Shown: positions 29,896 to 37,504 of the stretch, one piece after another | Layout of the letters: every line of letters starts with the position of its first letter | Numbering within the stretch: the stretch's first letter is position 1 | DNA from: Candidatus Sigynarchaeum calidifontis | GTDB taxonomy: Archaea; Asgardarchaeota; Lokiarchaeia; Sigyniarchaeales; Sigyniarchaeaceae | DNA: 44,593 nt | Assembly: GCA_030587475.2 (NCBI GenBank) | Contig: JAUQYZ020000164.1 | Span: 1 to 44,593 of the forward strand | Direction of reading: 5' to 3' | The notes under the pieces: model-generated | The model's input: the letters and a program-made list of their open reading frames with translations, nothing else | The model's database searches: none | Told to the model about the DNA's origin: nothing | Program-made: the position numbers and the translations under genes

Positions 29896-30099
29896 TCAGT
29901 CGAACCGCAATAGCTTGCCGCACTTGGAGCAAGGTACCTTGCGTTCGGATAGCTTGATGGCACAACCGATGCAATACATCGTGGAGCATTCGGGGCAAAC
30001 GTATATGGTTCCCTGGATGGCCCTCTTGCACGTGGGGCACTGCGCGGTCCATCTAGCCTTGCAGCTCGGGCACTCGAGATAAAGTGATTTTTTTTCCAT
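29896..30099 (-). CDS. Small multi-CxxC zinc-finger protein, C4C4 RING-like (copy 1)
   Basis: CPSC, CPTC-x10-CPEC-x4-CIGC-x10-CSKC. Confidence 0.8.
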   Translation of the reverse strand: MEKKSLYLECPSCKARWTAQCPTCKRAIQGTIYVCPECSTMYCIGCAIKLSERKVPCSKCGKLLRFD

Positions 30100-30151
30100 G
30101 ATTTCACCGGTGTCTATGAAACGATCACCGCCGAACCCGGACGGCTCTTCA

Positions 30152-30364
30152 TCATGGCCAGGACCACAAGGGCTTGCTGCACTTGGAGCACGAATCCTTG
30201 CGTTCGGATAACATTATGGCGCATCGCATGCAGTAGAACACGACGCATTCCGGGCAAACGTGAGCCGCCATTTTGATCGTTGCCTTGCAATAGGCGCACT
30301 GCATTGGCCACTTGGCCGTGCAGCTCGGGCACTCGAAGTGGGCCGGTTTCGGTTCCATGATCAA
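30152..30364 (-). CDS. Small multi-CxxC zinc-finger protein, C4C4 RING-like (copy 2, tandem paralogue)
   Basis: CPSC, CAYC-x10-CPEC-x4-CMRC-x10-CSKC; shares ECPSC..W, LSERK and CSKC with copy 1. Confidence 0.8.
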   Translation of the reverse strand: MIMEPKPAHFECPSCTAKWPMQCAYCKATIKMAAHVCPECVVFYCMRCAIMLSERKDSCSKCSKPLWSWP

Positions 30365-30493
30365 TGGATCACGGGTAACATCCTAAAGCCGATCACCACT
30401 GAAAGTGGTGATTGTATGCGATTTTCACGGGATATTTATTGCCATCCCTCGTTCTATTGGGCATGATGCCATCTGGGCTAGGTGCTATCTAAC

Positions 30494-31270
30494 ATGGGCA
30501 CGAAAGACGACGACGCGTTCCGCGCGCTTTGCAACGAGGCCGAGCGCAACCCGTCGATCATCGGCTTGTTCCTCGGGGGCTCCCGCGGGAAGGGCCGTCC
30601 CACCACGCATTCGGATTACGACGTTTATGTCATCGTGAAAGACGGCCTGGCAGATAACGTCAAGAAATCATTGATAGGCGAGGGGTCGCCCTTCCACGAG
30701 TTCAGCAAGGGTAACGATATCATGGTGCTAGACGCCAATGGCTTGAAAGCCTACCCGCCGTGGGGCCACGGGGATGACATGGCATATGACTACTTCCGGC
30801 TGAAGACAATCATCGACAAGTTTGGCATCGTGCAATCGATCATTGACGAGAAGGCGAAAATGCACCTGAACGTGGATATCATTAACGCGAAGATCGATGC
30901 ATATGTCAACTTCTTCTACAGGTCGCTGAAATGTGTCCGTGATGGCTATTTGCTCGGTGCAAGGCTCGAGGCGAACATATCGATGGGCATCCTCATCGAC
31001 TTGCTCTTTGCATTCCACGACAGGCCGCAGCCGTATGGCAAGTACCTGGAATGGGAACTCGAGGCCTTCCCGCTGGAGAAACTCCCCATATCAAGCCGGG
31101 ACTTGTTGATCAACGTGAAGAAGGTCTGGGACAGCGCGGACGTCGAGGCCCAGCGGCTCTTGTTCGGTGTCGTGGAGCGGATGTCCCGCGACGCGGGTTG
31201 TGGTGCCCAGATCGACAGCTGGGGCGAGGAGCCGCTGCGCTTCATGCGGGAATTCAAGTTTGACAGGTAA
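30494..31270 (+). CDS. Pol-beta-superfamily nucleotidyltransferase with helical C-terminal domain
   Basis: GGSRGKG...SDYDVYVIV (GS..DxD) signature; C-terminal RPQPYGKYLEWEL. Confidence 0.82.
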   Translation: MGTKDDDAFRALCNEAERNPSIIGLFLGGSRGKGRPTTHSDYDVYVIVKDGLADNVKKSLIGEGSPFHEFSKGNDIMVLDANGLKAYPPWGHGDDMAYDYFRLKTIIDKFGIVQSIIDEKAKMHLNVDIINAKIDAYVNFFYRSLKCVRDGYLLGARLEANISMGILIDLLFAFHDRPQPYGKYLEWELEAFPLEKLPISSRDLLINVKKVWDSADVEAQRLLFGVVERMSRDAGCGAQIDSWGEEPLRFMREFKFDR

Positions 31271-31443
31271 CCCGCAGGCGCTTTTTTTTGTACGGATCCA
31301 CCCCATTGTTTCTCCCACATGCCATTGCTTCGGGCTCGAGACGAGAGCAGAAAGGGGAGGGGATGGATAACTCGCCCAGGGTCATCGCATCCTGTTCCGG
31401 ATATCTCTTCGGGGCTTAAGGCTCCATCCCCGTGGATGCTTGC

Positions 31444-32337
31444 TCATTTCTTGATGCTGCAGGCCCAACAAGACGGGTTCTTGGTCTTCTCGATGAAGGT
31501 GAAGGTGTTCCTCGTCCCGTCGTAGCGGAGCTCCTTGCCGTAGACGGGGGGCCCGACGTTCTCGTTCCAAGTGCCTTGTTTCTTGTACTGGTCAAGGCCG
31601 AGCAAGATCTTCACGATTTGCTGGGCTTGCAGCGCCCCGATGATGGACGTGGTCGTGATGATGTTGGCCATCTTCATCTCGGTGAAGCCGTCCTCCTTGG
31701 CGATCTCTTGTCCCGTGCACGAGAACTTCTTGAACATGTTATCAAGATCCTGGGACGACATGCTGCACTGGAGGCACGGGCAGTCCTTCACTTGCGGGAC
31801 CACGCAAAAAATGCTGCCGTACCAGCCATCGATGCCCGAGTCGACGAATGGTAAATCGTAGTAGTACGAGAACGAGTTGAGCTGGAGGCGGGCTTCCATG
31901 TTGTCGAGGCATGACGCGGTCGCGTTGCATTCCTTGTAGATGTCATCCTTCACGTCCTCGATCTTGCCCACGATCGGGATGATTTTCGTTCGCCCGAATT
32001 CCATGGCATTCCTTGCAACGATTTCTGCCTTGAACCGCTTCTGTTCCACGTCGGCTTCCTTGAAGAACACGCATCGGTTCAAGTTCGACCGGTCCACCGT
32101 GTCAAAATCCACGAGATAGATCTTGCCGACGCCCATCAGCGTGAGATTCTTCACGAGCTCGTTCCCGGTCGCGCCAGCGCCAACAACGAGCACCGTGCTG
32201 GCGCGAATCTTCTCCTGATCCCAGCCCTTGAGGCGTTTTTGACGGTCGAACAAGTCCTGGTTGATGTTTTCGACCCCCAGAACCGGAATATCGTCCACGG
32301 CGCATCCGGTACTTCCAGCTTCCTTTTTTTCGCTCAT
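31444..32337 (-). CDS. ThiF/E1-family ubiquitin-like activating enzyme (UBA3-like)
   Basis: FDRQ, VVGAGATGNELVKNL, DFDTVDRSNLNR, CLDNMEAR, CLQC...FSCT (putative catalytic Cys), C-terminal CWAC; start MSEKK at 32337. Confidence 0.92.
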   Translation of the reverse strand: MSEKKEAGSTGCAVDDIPVLGVENINQDLFDRQKRLKGWDQEKIRASTVLVVGAGATGNELVKNLTLMGVGKIYLVDFDTVDRSNLNRCVFFKEADVEQKRFKAEIVARNAMEFGRTKIIPIVGKIEDVKDDIYKECNATASCLDNMEARLQLNSFSYYYDLPFVDSGIDGWYGSIFCVVPQVKDCPCLQCSMSSQDLDNMFKKFSCTGQEIAKEDGFTEMKMANIITTTSIIGALQAQQIVKILLGLDQYKKQGTWNENVGPPVYGKELRYDGTRNTFTFIEKTKNPSCWACSIKK

Positions 32338-32408
32338 GGGAGGACCTCGCACGGCTGGTTCACGAGAAGCAAATCGAATCGCTTCACGCGTGTCCGAATC
32401 GAAAGAAC

Positions 32409-32888
32409 TCAACTCTTCTTTTCTCTGAGAACGGCATAGCTCACGTAGTGGTAGTGCTTTTCGTCGTCTATCTTGAAAAAAGCCCTCTCGCCACGGATGG
32501 GATCCACGACCAGGGCGACGTGGAACCCCTTGTTGAACATTTCCATGGTCTTGATGTCGACGGAACTCAAGAAAACGCCCAGGTTCGGGTGTGAATGCCA
32601 CCAGCCCGTGATGATCGAGCCCGGGTATTCCTTATCCTTCTTGGCTGACATCTCGCCGACAGCGCCGTCGATCACCTGGGTAAATATGGGTGATGTTTCG
32701 ATGAGTTCCGAGAATAAGAAACCGTTAATCATGACGTATTCTTTTCCCTTGTGCTTGTAAGCGTTGCCGACGAGCATCCCGATGATCTCGTACTTGTTGT
32801 TCTTGCAACGCGCCTCGATCTCGTCGAGAATGTGCTTCTGGATGTACACGTCATGCACGTACGCGGTCTTCTTGTCTTCGTCTGCCAT
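32409..32888 (-). CDS. JAB/MPN+ (Rpn11-like) metalloprotease/deubiquitinase
   Basis: EIIGMLVG, GWWHSHPNLGVFLSSVD (HxHx7Sx2D), ALVVDP. Confidence 0.93.
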   Translation of the reverse strand: MADEDKKTAYVHDVYIQKHILDEIEARCKNNKYEIIGMLVGNAYKHKGKEYVMINGFLFSELIETSPIFTQVIDGAVGEMSAKKDKEYPGSIITGWWHSHPNLGVFLSSVDIKTMEMFNKGFHVALVVDPIRGERAFFKIDDEKHYHYVSYAVLREKKS

Positions 32889-32899
32889 CTGGAATCACT

Positions 32900-33826
32900 T
32901 TACTGTGGCGGCTCGGTTTTATGTTCCTCGGTTTTTTGTGGTTCGCTGGTTTGTGCTTGGGACGAGAAAACATTTGACAACATCTGGCCAACGAGCGCGA
33001 AAAACTTGCCCTTGGCCTCGGGGTCTATGGCCGAGAATCCGTATGTCTTGAGCATCAAGTTCTTTTCGATCACGTCGGGCTCGAGCGCGACATCCTTCAT
33101 GTCTTGCATGTTTGCCAGGCAAACCAGCCGTCCCTTCCGGACGTTTGCCTTGAGCTTGTCGACGAACTTCCTCGTGCGGCTCACGTTCGAAACGCCGGAA
33201 CTGACGACGAGAATCACGATGTCGGCTGATTTTAACAGGTCAACATGGAGCCGGATCTCGTTGATCAGCGGTTCCAGCGTGAACTTGAAGAGATCCATCT
33301 GCTTCACGTTCTGGATGCCCTCGACAGCGACCGATTTCTTGTAGATCTCGTTGTCATTCTCGTCCAGGGAAAGGATGCCCTCGCCAGGGAAAAAATCGAA
33401 CAGCGTGGACTTGCCAACGCCTGGCTCGCCAACGATGACTATCTTGAGCGGCAAGGCGATAAGATCATCGACGATCTGGTCAAACGGGCGGAAGATGGTC
33501 ACGTTTCCGTTCCAGTTCTTGACCTGGTCGGCGAACATACGATGGAACTCGTTCTTGACCTTTTCAATGCGGCCTTGCACCTCCTCCTCCATGTCATCCT
33601 TGTCGCAACAGAAGACGAAGAGCAGGTCCGCGTCGCCGACGGAGTATATGAACCGAATGTCTTGCATGACCAGGCTTTCGATTTTCCCGCCCTTCACCTC
33701 GGAGCTGAATGAGGCCAGCGCCGTTAAAAAGCCGGAAATCAAGTCCTGGTCGACTTTTTTGTCGCCGTACTGCCTCGAATACATCAACAGCCCGCCGGTA
33801 CCAATTACCATGAAATTTCGTATCAT
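32900..33826 (-). CDS. Longin-like domain fused to a divergent small GTPase domain
   Basis: N-terminal GGLLMYS...DQDLISGFLTALASFSSE longin-like pattern; P-loop GEPGVGKST; no DxxG; G4 ANMQD; G5 FSA. Confidence 0.8.
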   Translation of the reverse strand: MIRNFMVIGTGGLLMYSRQYGDKKVDQDLISGFLTALASFSSEVKGGKIESLVMQDIRFIYSVGDADLLFVFCCDKDDMEEEVQGRIEKVKNEFHRMFADQVKNWNGNVTIFRPFDQIVDDLIALPLKIVIVGEPGVGKSTLFDFFPGEGILSLDENDNEIYKKSVAVEGIQNVKQMDLFKFTLEPLINEIRLHVDLLKSADIVILVVSSGVSNVSRTRKFVDKLKANVRKGRLVCLANMQDMKDVALEPDVIEKNLMLKTYGFSAIDPEAKGKFFALVGQMLSNVFSSQAQTSEPQKTEEHKTEPPQ

Positions 33827-33988
33827 GATACATCAATCGATGAAATTCTTCACGTCCACCCGATGATCACGCGCCACGCGCTAACGAACGTGCCACGCGC
33901 CATCATTCGCGCATTATTATCTACATACATCCTTTCATGCGTTTGAAGCAATAACATTCTTGGTTTATCAAGATATAAGATCACTCCG

Positions 33989-34645
33989 ATGAGCAGTGAT
34001 CTCCACATGAATAACCAGAAGTTGCAAAGCGAGCTGTCTAGCATAGTCAACGAATTGGTAAATGCGAAGGGAAGGCTCCAGGCCGAAATACCCACGGCGG
34101 AAGCAAGGATTTCGGAACGCGACCCTGTATCCAAGGATTTGATCCGCGCACACGAAAGATTCAAGAAATTGCTCGTTGACCTGGACTTGATCGTGCCGGA
34201 TACAAGGTCGACGGTCGAGATCGGGGTTCCCGTGGACTTGAAGATCGATCCTGGAAGGATCCTCGTCGTCACGTGCCGGAACGTGTTGAAAGAGAAGCTC
34301 GACGAGTTCCAGGATCTCATCCTCGACCAGGTCACCACCGGGGGCCCGTTGGAGGCTCGGTATTTCAAGGAAATCAACCCTAACTTGCCAGATGCTGCCA
34401 TGGTGAACATCGAGAAGAAAATAGAGAAAGTCTTTAATCAATTGCTGAAAAAGGCACAAGACAAGGATTATATCATCTTGCTGGGGATCACCGACGACAA
34501 GACGGATCAACTCCTTTTCAAGTCGACAGAACTTGTCGCATCCCGGTCGGGCAAGCGTGTCCTTGTCGTGGAGGTCGATTCCATGCAAAGGCTATCGGAA
34601 AGCGAGGTAAAAAGATTGATCGCGAGGGCGATCCCGTCCCCATGA
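33989..34645 (+). CDS. DUF2100-like conserved archaeal protein
   Basis: TGGPLEARYFKEINPNLPDAAMVNIEKK motif. Confidence 0.7.
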   Translation: MSSDLHMNNQKLQSELSSIVNELVNAKGRLQAEIPTAEARISERDPVSKDLIRAHERFKKLLVDLDLIVPDTRSTVEIGVPVDLKIDPGRILVVTCRNVLKEKLDEFQDLILDQVTTGGPLEARYFKEINPNLPDAAMVNIEKKIEKVFNQLLKKAQDKDYIILLGITDDKTDQLLFKSTELVASRSGKRVLVVEVDSMQRLSESEVKRLIARAIPSP

Positions 34646-35034
34646 AGATCGACGATCTCAAGGTGCTATTGACCCAGAACGTCGGCCTTCAAGTCGACGT
34701 CCATGACACCTTCCTCACGAGCACCTGGAAGATCAGCGACAAGTTGCACAAGCAAATCGTATTTTTCCCGGATGAGGAAACGAAGCTGCTCTATATCTCC
34801 ATCTTGTTCGAGGAACGTAGCCAGGATCCGGAGTTCTTGGCCGCACTGCTGAAGGAAAATCTCAAGCTCTCGGTCGTGAAATTTTGCATGGACAAGGACG
34901 GGGGATTCATGGTGCTCGCCGAGCTGCCGGATGACTTCGTGACCGTGGACGTGATCCGGAAAGCACTTTTCGGCCTCTTCACCGCCGCCGGGCGATTCCA
35001 GGAATTGCTGGTAGCTGCCACCAAGGCGGAATGA
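34642..35034 (+). CDS. YbjN/type III chaperone-like fold protein
   Basis: 130 aa, acidic, LAALLKENLKLSVVKFCMDKDG pattern; ATGA overlaps on both sides. Confidence 0.6.
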   Translation: MKIDDLKVLLTQNVGLQVDVHDTFLTSTWKISDKLHKQIVFFPDEETKLLYISILFEERSQDPEFLAALLKENLKLSVVKFCMDKDGGFMVLAELPDDFVTVDVIRKALFGLFTAAGRFQELLVAATKAE

Positions 35035-36380
35035 CAACATCACCCAAACATCCCGCAAGACCCGGGCGATTTTCCATGCAAGCAGCCACGTATTACCTGG
35101 AAACATACGGGTGCACCCTCAACTCGAGCGATTCGGAGCTGATCGCGGGCTTGCTGCAAGGCGCGGGTTTCATCGAGGTAAAGGAACCGGGCGATGCGGG
35201 TTTCATCATTCTCAACACGTGCGGCGTTAAAACACCCACGGAACAAAAGATGCTCCACCAGATCCGCCAGTATTCGCGTCTCGAGGGGAAAATACTCGTG
35301 ATAGCCGGTTGCTTGCCACTCATCTTTAAAAAAAATCTGGATGTCTTGCGGAACATCGCCCCCAACTTTGGCGCCATGGTCGGCCCGAAGAACTACCACG
35401 AAATCCCGACGGTTTTCAAGGCACTTCAAAAAGGGGCGAGCAACATCATCAGGCTGGATGGCACGTCAATCGAAGACAAGATGTGCCTCGAACCCAAGCG
35501 CCCGAACAAGCATGTTGCGATCCTTGCCATCGCCGAGGGGTGCGTTGGAGTGTGCACCTATTGCTGCACCCGGTTCGCGCGCGGGATTCTCGACGCCTAT
35601 CCCGCACGATTTCTTGTAGAAAGATTCACCAAGCTCATTGATGCAGGGACAAAAGAAATATTCCTGACAGCCGAGGATTGCTCTGCATACTTCGATAGTC
35701 GCGGGGATGTCATGTTGCCCGACTTGATCGACATGTTCCTCGCGAAACCCGGGGACTATCGCATCCGGCTCGGCATGATGAACCCGAGAACGCTCTTGCC
35801 CGTGCACGAGCACTTGATACGGTCGATGCACGATCCCCGCGTGTTCACGTTCATCCACGTGCCTGTCCAATCGGGTTCTGACCGCATCTTGAAGGCCATG
35901 AACCGCCAGTACAAAATCATCGATTTCGTGAACATGATGGACGCGTTCAAGGTGGCTTTTCCCGGGATCACGATCGATACGGACATCATTTGTGGCTTCC
36001 CGGGGGAGACCGACGAAGACTTCCAGCAAACCGTGTCCTTGATGGAACGGGTGCGGCCGGATATCATCAACATCTCCATGTACGGCCATCGTCCCGGTAC
36101 AGCCGCGTCCAAGCTCAAGCAAGTCCCGTCGAGCACGGTCAAGGCGCGCACGCGGCAACTAACGGCCATTCACGAGGAAATCACGAGGAAAAACAACGAG
36201 CGCTGGTTGGGCTGGGAAGGAGATGCGATCATCGAGGAATACAACGAGAAAACCAGGAACTACCTCGCGAGGAACCGGTTTTACAAGCCCATCATCGTGG
36301 ATAGCGGCAACTTGGGCGAGATCGTGCGGGTAAAAATAACGGGAACCGTCTCGCACGTCTTCACGGGCACGGTCACTTGA
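35031..36380 (+). CDS. mtaB: tRNA methylthiotransferase (MiaB family, archaeal/eukaryotic MtaB/CDKAL1 type)
   Basis: ETYGCTLNSSDSE, NTCGVK, radical-SAM CVGVCTYC, RLGMMNP, HVPVQSGSD, DIICGFPGET, C-terminal TRAM. Confidence 0.9.
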   Translation: MTTSPKHPARPGRFSMQAATYYLETYGCTLNSSDSELIAGLLQGAGFIEVKEPGDAGFIILNTCGVKTPTEQKMLHQIRQYSRLEGKILVIAGCLPLIFKKNLDVLRNIAPNFGAMVGPKNYHEIPTVFKALQKGASNIIRLDGTSIEDKMCLEPKRPNKHVAILAIAEGCVGVCTYCCTRFARGILDAYPARFLVERFTKLIDAGTKEIFLTAEDCSAYFDSRGDVMLPDLIDMFLAKPGDYRIRLGMMNPRTLLPVHEHLIRSMHDPRVFTFIHVPVQSGSDRILKAMNRQYKIIDFVNMMDAFKVAFPGITIDTDIICGFPGETDEDFQQTVSLMERVRPDIINISMYGHRPGTAASKLKQVPSSTVKARTRQLTAIHEEITRKNNERWLGWEGDAIIEEYNEKTRNYLARNRFYKPIIVDSGNLGEIVRVKITGTVSHVFTGTVT

Positions 36381-37461
36381 TCGACATGCCTAGCCTTGCA
36401 ACGAAGTCGTGCATGATGCTTCCATAGTCCTTGCCGCACAGCTTCTCGATGTAAAAGCAGGCCATGCACTGGTCGAGTGCCTTGCTTTTCGGGGCACCGC
36501 AGCGTGGACACGAGGAAATCGCCGTGGGCTCGACGGGTTCCGTCAAGAGCGGGAATATGGCATCCATGAACTTCTTGATGTTGAAGAGCGTGCCCGGGTG
36601 TTCCCCTTCGAGGCGGTTGATGATGCCTCGTGCCTCGGCGCGGAAGATGTTCTCGTGGACGTGGGGGCACGGGCTCTCCTGGAAATCCCCCCCGATATAA
36701 TACAAGTACAAGACGATGTCATGCTGGATCAAGTCTTGCAAGGGCTTGATCTTCTTCACGAACGGCGAAACATCATCTTCGAGGGCCACCGACGCGGTTC
36801 GACCCATTCGATTCATGTCACCCTTGAACAAGTTGATTAAAAATGTTTCAACCTCGTCATTCAGATTGTGGCCGGTTGCAAGCTTCGTGGCATGCACCCC
36901 GGCTGCCAAGTCATTCAAGACACGGCGCCGGAGCACGCCGCAGATGGAACACGGCTTCCCGACGACCTTGGACGCGTTTTTCAGCTGGCCGCCGGGTTGG
37001 CCCTCGCATATCGACCGGTTGAACGCCGGGCCGGCGGCGGCGACGATCATCTCGTCGAGCGAGAGGCCGAATTCTTTCTTGAACGAGAACACGATTTGCT
37101 CGATTCCCAGCTCCTTGCACGTGTTGACCGCGATGCGGATGCTCTCGTCCCTGTAGTCCGCGATGCCCTCGTCGATCGTGATCACGACGGGCGGTTTCCC
37201 TTTTTTCGCCTGCTGAGCGAGCAGTTGCCGGTGGATCGTTGTCACGACACGCAACAGGACCGTGCTATCCTTCCCGCCCGACACGGCAAAGGCCACCTTG
37301 TCGCCCGGTTCCAGCATCCTGTACCGGGACATGGTCCTCCGCACCTTGCTCTCCACCTCCCTTAAAAAACACGCCTTGCACACCTTCTCGCCGGAATGCA
37401 CCCGCTCCATCACGGGTCGGGATTTCTTGCAGCGGACGCAAGCCGGCAATTTCTCAGTCAT
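36373..37461 (-). CDS. ttuA: TtuA/NcsA/Ctu1-family tRNA 2-thiolation enzyme
   Basis: N-terminal CVRC..CKAC, PP-loop SGGKDS, CSICGVLRR, TGHNLND, CP, C-terminal CPRC..CMAC. Confidence 0.9.
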   Translation of the reverse strand: MTEKLPACVRCKKSRPVMERVHSGEKVCKACFLREVESKVRRTMSRYRMLEPGDKVAFAVSGGKDSTVLLRVVTTIHRQLLAQQAKKGKPPVVITIDEGIADYRDESIRIAVNTCKELGIEQIVFSFKKEFGLSLDEMIVAAAGPAFNRSICEGQPGGQLKNASKVVGKPCSICGVLRRRVLNDLAAGVHATKLATGHNLNDEVETFLINLFKGDMNRMGRTASVALEDDVSPFVKKIKPLQDLIQHDIVLYLYYIGGDFQESPCPHVHENIFRAEARGIINRLEGEHPGTLFNIKKFMDAIFPLLTEPVEPTAISSCPRCGAPKSKALDQCMACFYIEKLCGKDYGSIMHDFVARLGMSIK

Positions 37462-37504
37462 AGCGCAGGCACCAGGAAAACGAAAGGTGATCGGCCAGCC
37501 GAAT

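Noticed and set aside
31359-31439. Short inverted repeats (GGGGATGGA/TCCATCCCC; GCATCC/GGATGC) between convergent genes as a MITE
   Set aside because: Single copy, short arms, no target-site duplication; at most a terminator-region structure
28262-31443. Integrated element at the tRNA-iMet 3' end
   Set aside because: No integrase and no duplicated tRNA 3' end (att site) found by eye
32338-32601. 5' extension of the E1 ORF in the ORF track
   Set aside because: Overlaps the JAB gene in another frame; ATG at 32337 fits better
29896-33826. CBASS-like defence system (NTase plus E1 plus JAB)
   Set aside because: The NTase is on the opposite strand and is short, without recognisable CD-NTase features; no E2-E1 fusion or effector; the JAB is Rpn11-like
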